Both the position numbers and the translations under genes were made by a program. Below the pieces are notes generated by a model. That model was not told the DNA's origin. It did not search any database and saw nothing but the letters and a program-made list of their open reading frames with translations. Below, in pieces: positions 57,023-64,000 of a stretch of DNA of 64,000 bases. Within the stretch, counting starts at the first letter, position 1; every line of letters starts with the position of its first letter. The stretch comes from Candidatus Limnocylindrales bacterium (lineage in GTDB: Bacteria > Chloroflexota > Limnocylindria > Limnocylindrales > CSP1-4), in assembly GCA_044449785.1 (NCBI GenBank), contig JBIOII010000002.1:1141-65140 (forward strand). The letters are read 5' to 3'.

Positions 57023-57220
57023 TCAGCGTCGGGCGGCAAGCTGGAGTGGGCCGTCGGCCGCGAGCATCGATCCAACCTGGATCAAGCCGTGGCCTACGCG
57101 TCGACGGAACGAGATTCGAGGGATCGGCGCGGCCCCGTCATTCAACCGGAGCCGCAGCCTTCGCTCGATCTCGCGCTGCCGCTGGTTATGGATGTCCATG
57201 GCGATGAGATGGTTCAACAC
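57023..57220 (-). CDS. small hypothetical protein (small ORF B) between ABC ATPase and permease
   Basis: GTG 57220 is preceded by AAGGAA (the track gives ATG 57250). MLNHLIAMDIHNQRQREIERRLRLRL...SFRRRVGHGLIQVGSMLA. Resembles ORF 43268-43489. Confidence 0.45.
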   Translation of the reverse strand: MLNHLIAMDIHNQRQREIERRLRLRLNDGAAPIPRISFRRRVGHGLIQVGSMLAADGPLQLAARR

Positions 57221-57280
57221 GGTGGTTTCCTTTCGATATGAGCGGGTCATGGCCGCGACTGGCCGACCGCCGGCCGACGG

Positions 57281-58162
57281 TCAGTCGGTCGAGTCGGCTT
57301 CGCCTTCCTCGACGTCGTCGTCGAGCGAGCGGCCGGTGTACTTCATGAACACGCTCTCGAGCGTTGGCGCGAGGCCGTGCTCGGTCTCGATGTCGGTCTT
57401 GAGTTGTTCCGGAGTACCCTCCGCGGTCAACCGCCCGCCTGCCAGGATCCCGATTCGCCCGCACAGTCGATCCGCTTCCGCAAGGTCGTGCGTTGTCAGC
57501 ACGATCGTTGCGTCGTGATCGGCCTGGAGCTCCTCGACGAACGCCTGGACGTCCAGCTTCGAGCGCGGATCGAGGCCGGTTGTCGGCTCATCCAGCAGCA
57601 ACAGGGCAGGGCTCGTCAGGAGTGCCCTGGCGATCGCCACCTTCTGCTGCATACCCCGGCTCATCTGCTCGACCGGCCGGTTCATCCGCTTCTCGCCGAT
57701 GCCCAGACGGGCCAGGATCCGGACCGCCTCGCGGCGGGCCTTCCCCGGGTCCAGGCCGTACAACCTCGCCGCGAACGAGAGGTTCTCGGCCGGCGAGAGC
57801 TTCTTGAAGAAGGCGGCATCGACGCTGACCCGATTGATCAGCCTCTTGACCGCCATCTCCTCGTGAACCAGGTCGTGGCCGAAGACCTCGACGCGTCCTT
57901 CGTCGAGCGTCAGCAACCCGCTGACCAGACGGATGAAAGTGGACTTGCCGCTGCCGTTGGCGCCCAGCAGACCGTAGATCTCGCCTCTCTCCAGCCGGAT
58001 CGAGACATCGTCCACGGCCATCACGGGCGGTTTGCGGCGGTCCACCTTGAACCGCTTCGTAGCGTGCTCGACGAGGAGTGCGGCCTCGCCCGCGGGTAGA
58101 GCCCGGATGAACGGCCGGCTTGCTGCCGGCGATTGAGTTGTTTCGAGAACCGCGACGCTCAT
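57281..58162 (-). CDS. ABC transporter ATP-binding protein (ABC-2/DrrA-like)
   Basis: Walker A GLLGANGSGKST, signature MSRGMQQKVA, Walker B LLLLDEPTTGLD. RBS AAAGGGAGG 5 nt before ATG 58162. Confidence 0.93.
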   Translation of the reverse strand: MSVAVLETTQSPAASRPFIRALPAGEAALLVEHATKRFKVDRRKPPVMAVDDVSIRLERGEIYGLLGANGSGKSTFIRLVSGLLTLDEGRVEVFGHDLVHEEMAVKRLINRVSVDAAFFKKLSPAENLSFAARLYGLDPGKARREAVRILARLGIGEKRMNRPVEQMSRGMQQKVAIARALLTSPALLLLDEPTTGLDPRSKLDVQAFVEELQADHDATIVLTTHDLAEADRLCGRIGILAGGRLTAEGTPEQLKTDIETEHGLAPTLESVFMKYTGRSLDDDVEEGEADSTD

Positions 58163-58269
58163 GTCACCTCCCTTTGAGGCATGGCTCGCGGTATGGAGAA
58201 CCGCGAGCGCTGGAAGGGGATTGGGCTCGCGGCCTGCCCTCGAGGCGCACGCCGCCTGACGAGGGCATC

Positions 58270-58301
58270 AAAAAAGCCGGGGCCCGATCTGGCCCACGGC
58301 T
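58270..58301 (-). terminator. intrinsic terminator
   Basis: Minus strand: AGCCG(U)GGGCC-agaucg-GGCCCCGGCU followed by UUUUUU (plus-strand A6 at 58270-58275). Confidence 0.7.
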
Positions 58302-58460
58302 CAGAGGTTCATCCGGCGGCTTTACCGCCTGGCTCTACCTCTCGGTGGGCGCAGACCTCCCGCGCACGACAAGGCCGCCGCCCGCTGGGGCGGTGGACCC
58401 TGGTGCTGTAGCGAGATTGCGCACGACACACCTCTTGCACGGCTGCCGATCTAGCAGACC
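58270..58460 (-). ncRNA. candidate structured RNA (unclassified riboswitch-like leader or sRNA)
   Basis: Bounded by a near-consensus promoter and a strong intrinsic terminator. Several GC helices, no credible ORF. The ends are estimates. Confidence 0.45.
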
Positions 58461-58466
58461 GCGGGG

Positions 58467-58496
58467 AATCTACGCGACGAGCCCAGGACCTGTCAA
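58467..58496 (-). promoter_or_regulatory. sigma-70-like promoter (TTGACA, 18 nt, TAGATT)
   Basis: Read on the minus strand: -35 at plus 58491-58496, -10 at plus 58467-58472. Confidence 0.5.
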
Positions 58497-58545
58497 CGGC
58501 CGGTCCGCTCGGAGCGCTCCGTGGGCGGTTCGCTGCGGGCCGCCC

Positions 58546-59643
58546 TCACGCCGGCCAGTCAGGCGGGTCGAGCCTGAGCCTGTCAGCCGCGGCCACGTCC
58601 CGGCTGCTCTCGCGGACGATCAAGGTGGGCTCGAGGAGAGTCATCTCGGGTACCGCGTCGGCGGACCGCCGAGTCTGGCGGGCCTTCCCGATCAGCTGAT
58701 CGATTTCCTGGACGGCGAGTGCCCCGGCATCGCCGAGGGGCTGGTGGACGGTTGTCAGGGGCGGCCAGAAATGGGACGCCTCGGGAATGTTGTCCACGCC
58801 CACGACGGAGAGCGCCTCCGGCACCGGCTTTCCGAGGCAATGCGCGGCATGCAAAACCCCGAGAGCCATCTGGTCGTTGCTGGCGAAGATCGCGTCGATG
58901 TCGGGGCATGCCTCGATCATCCGGTAGAAGGCCTGCTCGCCGCTCGCGACCGTCCAGTCGCCCTCGACGACGATGCCTTCCTCGACTTTGCGGCCGTGGG
59001 CGCGCATCGTCTTGCGCCAGCCCGCCTGGCGCTCTTGCGCTTCCCACCACGTCAACGGCCCGGTGATGATGCCGACGTGGCGAGCTCCGCCGCCCAGGAG
59101 GTGCTCGGCTGCGAGGCGTCCGATTGCCGCGTTGTCGATGGCGATGGACCGGAGGTAGGGCCGGCCGGCCATGCCGCCGACCATGATCACCGGGACTGGA
59201 ACCTCGGCCAATTGGGTGCGCAGCGATGCTCGGTTCGAACCCACTTCAGGAATGGCCCAGATGATGCCGTCGACCTGGCGCGCCCTCAGGCTGTTGATCA
59301 GGTTGTCGACGTCGTTCGACTCTGGCTCGAGGATCAGGTTGAGCATGATGGCATAGCCCAGCTCGGCGGCCTGGCGCTCGATCGCCGTCAGCACGCGCGA
59401 CGGCCCGAAGTAGTCGAGGCCGTAGGCGACGGCGCCGAGAACGTGGCTGCGACCCTGTGTCAGGCTGCGGGCCAGCATGTTCGGGGCATAGCCCGTCTCA
59501 CGGATGACGTCCTGCACGCGCTGGAAGGTCGCCGGAGCCACGTCCGGACGATTGTTGAGCACGCGCGACACGGTCTGCGTCGAGACCCCTGCCGCCGCGG
59601 CCACCTCTCTGATCGTGAAGCCTTTTCGTTGGGCCATGGGCAA
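58546..59643 (-). CDS. LacI family transcriptional regulator (likely arabinose repressor)
   Basis: N-terminal HTH FTIREVAAAAGVSTQTVSRVLNNRPDVAPATFQRVQDVIRETGYAPNMLARSL plus a periplasmic-binding-protein-like sugar domain. Divergent from the ara operon. Confidence 0.92.
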   Translation of the reverse strand: MPMAQRKGFTIREVAAAAGVSTQTVSRVLNNRPDVAPATFQRVQDVIRETGYAPNMLARSLTQGRSHVLGAVAYGLDYFGPSRVLTAIERQAAELGYAIMLNLILEPESNDVDNLINSLRARQVDGIIWAIPEVGSNRASLRTQLAEVPVPVIMVGGMAGRPYLRSIAIDNAAIGRLAAEHLLGGGARHVGIITGPLTWWEAQERQAGWRKTMRAHGRKVEEGIVVEGDWTVASGEQAFYRMIEACPDIDAIFASNDQMALGVLHAAHCLGKPVPEALSVVGVDNIPEASHFWPPLTTVHQPLGDAGALAVQEIDQLIGKARQTRRSADAVPEMTLLEPTLIVRESSRDVAAADRLRLDPPDWPA

Positions 59644-59689
59644 ACCTCGCTTTTGGGGCTGGCTGCCCCCACACCGGCCTTTCTCCGCG

Positions 59690-59719
59690 TTGACGCAACG
59701 TCAATGCCGATGCTAGATT
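59690..59719 (+). promoter_or_regulatory. candidate ara operon promoter (TTGACG, 18 nt, TAGATT)
   Basis: Seen directly. The -35 is part of the palindrome TTGACGcaaCGTCAA. Confidence 0.5.
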
Positions 59720-59726
59720 GTTCTAT

Positions 59727-59742
59727 CCGTTAGCGCTAACGG
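59727..59742. promoter_or_regulatory. LacI-type operator, perfect 16-bp palindrome CCGTTAGCGCTAACGG
   Basis: Begins 8 nt downstream of the -10 element. The central CG and the GTTAGCGCTAAC core fit LacI-family (AraR-type) operators as I recall them. Confidence 0.65.
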
Positions 59743-59821
59743 GAACGATAACATTGCGGCAGAGTGGGCACAACGGAACGGATCTCAGACAGGACGTTGC
59801 GGAACAGCGGGAGTAGGAACG

Positions 59822-61330
59822 TTGAAGGCGCTTGGCGAGTTCGAGGTCTGGTTACTCACGGGGAGCCAGGACCTGTACGGCGATGAGACTCTGCGGCAGG
59901 TCGCGGAGAACTCCAAGAGAATCGCCGCCGGCTTGGACGAGTCGGAGGCCATCCCCGTCCGCGTCGTGTGGAAGCCGGTCGTCAAGAACGCCGACGCAAT
60001 TCTGGCCGCGTGCATCGAGGCGAGCGCCACCGACAAGTGCATCGGCGTCATCGTCTGGATGCATACATTCTCGCCGGCGAAGATGTGGATCGCCGGGCTG
60101 CAGGCGCTGACGAAACCCCTGCTGCACCTGCACACTCAGTTCAACCGCGATCTCCCGTGGGGCGAGATCGACATGGACTTCATGAACCTGAACCAGGCCG
60201 CCCACGGAGACCGGGAGTTTGCGCACATCGAGGCCCGCCTTGGGTTGCGCCGCAAGACGGTCGCGGGCCACTGGCAAGAGGGCGTCGTTCAGCGCCGCAT
60301 CGGGACGTGGTCGCGAGCCGCGTGCGGGCTGTACGAAGCCAGGCACCTCAAGCTCGCTCGTTTCGGCGACAACATGCGCGACGTGGCGGTGACCGACGGC
60401 GACAAAGTCTCGGCGCAAATGCAGTTCGGGGTCACGGTCAATGGCTTCGGCGTCGCCGATCTGGCCCATTCGGTTCGTGCCGTGCCCGACTCGAAGGTCG
60501 ACGCCCTCGTCGAGGTCTACGAAGCGACATACGACATCGCGCCGTCTCTGCGCGCGGGCGGGGCCGACCGCGAAGCTCTCCACGACGCCGCGCGGATCGA
60601 GGTTGCCTTACGGGAGTTCATGACGGCCGGCGGCTTCGGCGCCGTCACGGACACGTTCGAGAACCTCCACGGGCTCAAGCAGCTGCCCGGGATCGCCGCG
60701 CAGCGATTGATGGCCGACGGCTACGGCTTCGGAGCGGAAGGCGACTGGAAGACCGCCGTACTGGTTCGGCTCGTCAAGGTCATGGCTAGGGGCCTTCCCG
60801 GCGGAACGTCATTCATGGAGGACTACACCTACCATCTCGACCCGGCCGGGACGAGAGTGCTTGGCGCCCACATGCTCGAAGTCTGCCCTTCGATCTCCGA
60901 CGAGAAGGTCTCATGTGAGATCCATCCGCTTTCTATCGGCGGCAAGAGTGACCCGGTGCGGCTGGTCTTCGACGCCGGAACGGGCCCGGCAATCGTCGCC
61001 GCGCTGATGGACATGGGCGACCGGTTCCGGATCGTGGCCAACGAGATCGACCTCGTGCGGCCCGAGAAGCCGATGGTCAGATTGCCGGTTGGACGAGCCG
61101 TCTGGAAGCCGAGACCGGACTTCGCCACGGCTACGGAGAGCTGGTTGATGGCAGGCGGCTCACACCACACGGTCCTTAGCCGGGCGGTTGGGGCCGAGAC
61201 GATCGCGGACTTCGCCGAGATGGCCGGCTGTGAATTCCTGCTGATCGACGGTGAGACGACCGTCGCGAGCTTCAAGAAGGAGCTCCGTTGGAACGAGGCC
61301 TACTACCACCTGTCCCACGGCCTGCGATGA
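59822..61330 (+). CDS. araA: L-arabinose isomerase
   Basis: [57 protein letters not shown]. 502 aa. Confidence 0.94.
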   Translation: MKALGEFEVWLLTGSQDLYGDETLRQVAENSKRIAAGLDESEAIPVRVVWKPVVKNADAILAACIEASATDKCIGVIVWMHTFSPAKMWIAGLQALTKPLLHLHTQFNRDLPWGEIDMDFMNLNQAAHGDREFAHIEARLGLRRKTVAGHWQEGVVQRRIGTWSRAACGLYEARHLKLARFGDNMRDVAVTDGDKVSAQMQFGVTVNGFGVADLAHSVRAVPDSKVDALVEVYEATYDIAPSLRAGGADREALHDAARIEVALREFMTAGGFGAVTDTFENLHGLKQLPGIAAQRLMADGYGFGAEGDWKTAVLVRLVKVMARGLPGGTSFMEDYTYHLDPAGTRVLGAHMLEVCPSISDEKVSCEIHPLSIGGKSDPVRLVFDAGTGPAIVAALMDMGDRFRIVANEIDLVRPEKPMVRLPVGRAVWKPRPDFATATESWLMAGGSHHTVLSRAVGAETIADFAEMAGCEFLLIDGETTVASFKKELRWNEAYYHLSHGLR

Positions 61331-61361
61331 TTGGTGGCCGGGTGCGCACAAGGTGAGATGA

Positions 61362-62078
61362 GTGTCGTCGCTTTCGCTGCCCGACCTTCGGGACGAAGTG
61401 CTCCGCGCGAATCAGGCCCTCGTCCGGGCCGGGCTGGTGACCCTCTCTTTCGGCAACGCCAGCGGCGTCGACAGATCGGCCGGCGTCCTCGTGATAAAGC
61501 CCAGCGGCGTGCCGTACGACGAGCTCGCTCCGGAAGACATGGTGGTCGTCTCGCTGGAAGACGGGAGTGTGGTCGAGGGCGATCTGAGACCGTCTTCGGA
61601 CACCCCGACTCATCTGCTGCTGTACCGCCGCTTCCCTCAGATCGGCGGAGTGGTGCATACGCACTCGACGGCTGCGACGGCATGGGCCCAAGCGGGCATG
61701 CAGATCCCGCTGCTCGGGACGACCCACGCCGACCACTTCCACGGCCCCGTGCCTGTGACGCGCCGTCTGACGCGGACCGAGGTGGCGGGCGAGTACGAGA
61801 CGACGACCGGGGCGGTGATCGTCGAGACACTCGAGCGGTTGGGCCTGAGCGCGGGAGAAATGCCCGCGGCCCTGGTGGCCTCGCACGGGCCGTTCACGTG
61901 GGGCAGCGACGCCGGCGACGCGGTGGATAACGCCATTGCGCTCGAGGCGGTGGCGGCGATGGCGACGCAGACGCTCGCCATCAACCCGCAGGTACGGCCG
62001 GTCGCCGCCTACCTGCGCGAGCGCCACTTCCAACGAAAGCACGGACCGGGCGCGTACTACGGCCAGCGGCAGAAGTGA
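61362..62078 (+). CDS. araD: L-ribulose-5-phosphate 4-epimerase
   Basis: Class II aldolase/adducin fold: LVTLSFGNASGVDR, VIKPSGVPYDEL, PSSDTPTHLLLYR, VVHTHSTAATAWA, HGPFTWG. Confidence 0.92.
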   Translation: MSSLSLPDLRDEVLRANQALVRAGLVTLSFGNASGVDRSAGVLVIKPSGVPYDELAPEDMVVVSLEDGSVVEGDLRPSSDTPTHLLLYRRFPQIGGVVHTHSTAATAWAQAGMQIPLLGTTHADHFHGPVPVTRRLTRTEVAGEYETTTGAVIVETLERLGLSAGEMPAALVASHGPFTWGSDAGDAVDNAIALEAVAAMATQTLAINPQVRPVAAYLRERHFQRKHGPGAYYGQRQK

Positions 62079-63154
62079 CGACGGTGGACAGCTTGATCGA
62101 GGCGGCCCGCATCCACGGAGCGGGTGACGTCCGCGTTGCGGTGGAGCCGGCGGACGAGCCCCGCCCCGACGAGATCCTCCTGCGCGTGACCGCGGTCGGC
62201 TTGTGCGGATCTGACCTGCACTGGTACGAAGAGGCGCAGATCGGCGACGCCCTCCTTTCCCGGCCGCTCGTCCTGGGCCACGAGTTCGGCGGCGTCATTG
62301 CATCCGGGCCCCGTTCAGGTGAGCGCGTGGTCGTGGATCCAGCCTACAACTGCGGTACCTGCGGACCCTGTTTGGAGGGGAATACCCACCTGTGCCTGGT
62401 CATGCGCTTCGCGGGCCACGGAACGACAGACGGGGCCCTCCGTTCGCTGTTGGCCTGGCCCGAGAGGCTGGTTCACCTGATCCCGGACGCCATAGCCGAC
62501 GACGAAGCTCCCGTCCTGGAACCGCTCGGTGTTGCGCTCCACGCCATGGATATAGCCTCGATGGCGCTCGGCGGGCGGGCAGGCGTCTACGGCTGCGGAC
62601 CTATCGGACTGCTGCTGGTCCAGCTCCTTCGCTTCCGAGGCGCCGCCCAAGTCATCGCCACGGACACTCTCGAACATCGCGTTGCCTCCGCCCGCGCCAT
62701 GGGCGCCGATGAGACGTTCGTGGTGGACGATATGCCGGGGTCCGAGGTCTCTTCGGCACGCAAGCTCGTCCGGGAGCACGAGGTCGACGTCGCCTTCGAG
62801 GTGTCTGGTTCGGACAACGCGCTGGCCGACGCCATCGCGTCGGTTCGACCCGGCGGTCGCGTCGTGCTGGTCGGGATCCCGCCTGGCGACCGGACCTCTT
62901 TCCCGGCGGCAGCCGCCCGTCGGAAGGAGCTCTCGCTGTTGTTCAGCCGGCGGATGGCTCCGCTCGACATGGCCCGCGGGGTGACGCTCGTGGCCGGCGG
63001 CCGAATACAGCTCGCGCCCCTCATTACCCATCGCTACCCGATGGCATCGGCTCCGGAGGCATTCGCGACCCTGGCGGCGCGGAGCGGGGTAAAGGTCGTC
63101 ATCAACCCTTCGAGAGGCATTACCCAACAGGAACGGGAGGCAGGTCGTGGCTGA
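62075..63154 (+). CDS. zinc-dependent medium-chain alcohol/polyol dehydrogenase
   Basis: GLCGSDLHWY, GHEFGG, structural zinc CGTCGPCLEGNTHLC, Rossmann GCGPIGLL. GTGA overlap with araD. Confidence 0.88.
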   Translation: MTTVDSLIEAARIHGAGDVRVAVEPADEPRPDEILLRVTAVGLCGSDLHWYEEAQIGDALLSRPLVLGHEFGGVIASGPRSGERVVVDPAYNCGTCGPCLEGNTHLCLVMRFAGHGTTDGALRSLLAWPERLVHLIPDAIADDEAPVLEPLGVALHAMDIASMALGGRAGVYGCGPIGLLLVQLLRFRGAAQVIATDTLEHRVASARAMGADETFVVDDMPGSEVSSARKLVREHEVDVAFEVSGSDNALADAIASVRPGGRVVLVGIPPGDRTSFPAAAARRKELSLLFSRRMAPLDMARGVTLVAGGRIQLAPLITHRYPMASAPEAFATLAARSGVKVVINPSRGITQQEREAGRG

Positions 63155-64000
63155 GCCGCGTTACGTCATTGGGGTCGATTTCGGGACAGAATCGGGGCGC
63201 GCCGTGCTCGTGGATGTCGCAGACGGGCGAGAGCTCGGGGTGGAGGTCTACAAGTACCGCAACGGCGTCATCGACGAGCGGCTCCCCGCCCCGAACGGAG
63301 ACGTGATCCTTGGGCCCGACTGGGCGCTCCAGGATCCGGACGACTACATCGAGACGTTCAAGCGAGCCGTGCCGGGCGTCGTTGCCGGCGCGGGCATCGA
63401 CCCGTCGGCGGTCATCGGCGTCGGCATCGACTTCACGGCTTGCACGATGCTGCCGACTCTGGCCGACGGTACCCCTCTGTGCATGGTGGACCGCTATCGC
63501 CGCGAGCCGCATGCCTGGGTCAAGCTGTGGAAGCACCATGCCGCCCAGCCCGAGGCGGACGACGTGAACCGCGTGGCGGCCGAAATGGGTGAGACCTGGC
63601 CCGCCCGATACGGCGGCAAGATCTCCTCGGAGTGGTTCTTCCCCAAGTCGCTCCAGATCCTGCATGAAGCGCCGGAGATCTACCGCGCGGCAGATCGCCT
63701 GATCGAGGCGGCCGACTGGGTCGTCTGGCAGCTGACCGGCTCCGAGACCCGCAACAACTGCACGGCCGGGTACAAGGCGATCTGGTCGGCCGAGGATGGC
63801 TTCCCGCGCAGGGAGTTCTTCGCGGCGCTTGATTCCGAGTTCGCCGACGTCGTTGACGCCAAGATGTCGCGGTCGATCGACCGGCTGGGGAAGGCTGCGG
63901 GACGGCTGACCGAGAGAGCCGCCGAATGGACCGGATTGCGTCCGGGCATCGCGGTGGCTGTCGCCAACGTCGATGCCCACGTGTCCGCGCCGGCTGCCAC
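63147..64000 (+). CDS. araB: ribulokinase, N-terminal part, cut by window edge
   Basis: Own translation from GTG 63147: VAEPRYVIGVDFGTESGRAVLVDVADGRELG...GIDFTACTMLP...HAWVKLWKHHAAQPEA...GGKISSEWFFPK (FGGY kinase). Not in the ORF track because it is open at the window end. Confidence 0.88.
   Translation, partial: MAEPRYVIGVDFGTESGRAVLVDVADGRELGVEVYKYRNGVIDERLPAPNGDVILGPDWALQDPDDYIETFKRAVPGVVAGAGIDPSAVIGVGIDFTACTMLPTLADGTPLCMVDRYRREPHAWVKLWKHHAAQPEADDVNRVAAEMGETWPARYGGKISSEWFFPKSLQILHEAPEIYRAADRLIEAADWVVWQLTGSETRNNCTAGYKAIWSAEDGFPRREFFAALDSEFADVVDAKMSRSIDRLGKAAGRLTERAAEWTGLRPGIAVAVANVDAHVSAPAA

Noticed and set aside
58163-58269. 34-codon upstream ORF (MPSSGGVRLEGRPRAQSPSSARGSPYREPCLKGR) ending at the ATPase RBS, and track ORF 58181-58411 (+).
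   Set aside because: Neither has an RBS, both have non-coding-like composition, and the region is better explained by hairpins of the leader RNA.

Overview
High-GC bacterial chromosomal segment; the taxon cannot be fixed from sequence alone, but the gene content looks actinobacterial or Chloroflexi-like. I can support about 60 genes. All product calls rest on motifs read in the supplied translations; no database search was possible. Because of the GC bias, nearly every real gene carries long antisense or shadow ORFs, which I discarded.

Content in order:
- LLM oxidoreductase (partial), GNAT, and an ABC-2 exporter pair
- nitroreductase, alpha/beta hydrolase, J-domain protein, DinB-like protein
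- ArsR-trxA operon
- an unknown-function convergent cluster: Gly-rich protein plus zinc-ribbon protein facing ECF sigma, anti-sigma and zinc-ribbon protein
- threonine dehydratase, zincin peptidase, folE
- B12-binding mutase subunit plus MeaB
- a roughly 1600-aa PAS/GAF hybrid histidine kinase
- tRNA-Lys(CTT)
- PAS-GGDEF cyclase
- two tandem GH94 phosphorylases
- a second J-domain paralog, LLM oxidoreductase, FNR-like reductase plus CFA-synthase-like methyltransferase
- carA and carB, separated by an inserted DUF1801-like gene, each preceded by its own PyrR-type attenuator
- MFS transporter, small ORF, and a large ArsR-type regulator with GTTAG-N8-CTAAC palindromes
- M16 peptidase pair, TPR-rhomboid, GT2
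- OmpR-type two-component system
- CoxG-like protein, PEBP lipoprotein, rsgA
- a second ABC-2 exporter operon containing an embedded small ORF
- LacI (AraR-like) regulator and an araA-araD-adh-araB operon

Most interesting:
1. A promoter-to-terminator structured RNA of about 190 nt upstream of the second ABC-2 operon, which I cannot assign to any riboswitch or sRNA class I know.
2. The duplicated PyrR leaders and the split carAB.
3. Paralogous small ORFs embedded in transporter operons.
4. The sigma/anti-sigma/zinc-ribbon cluster, which includes a 10-bp near-duplication that splits one ORF.

I saw no CRISPR array, transposase, integrase or recognisable defence genes.
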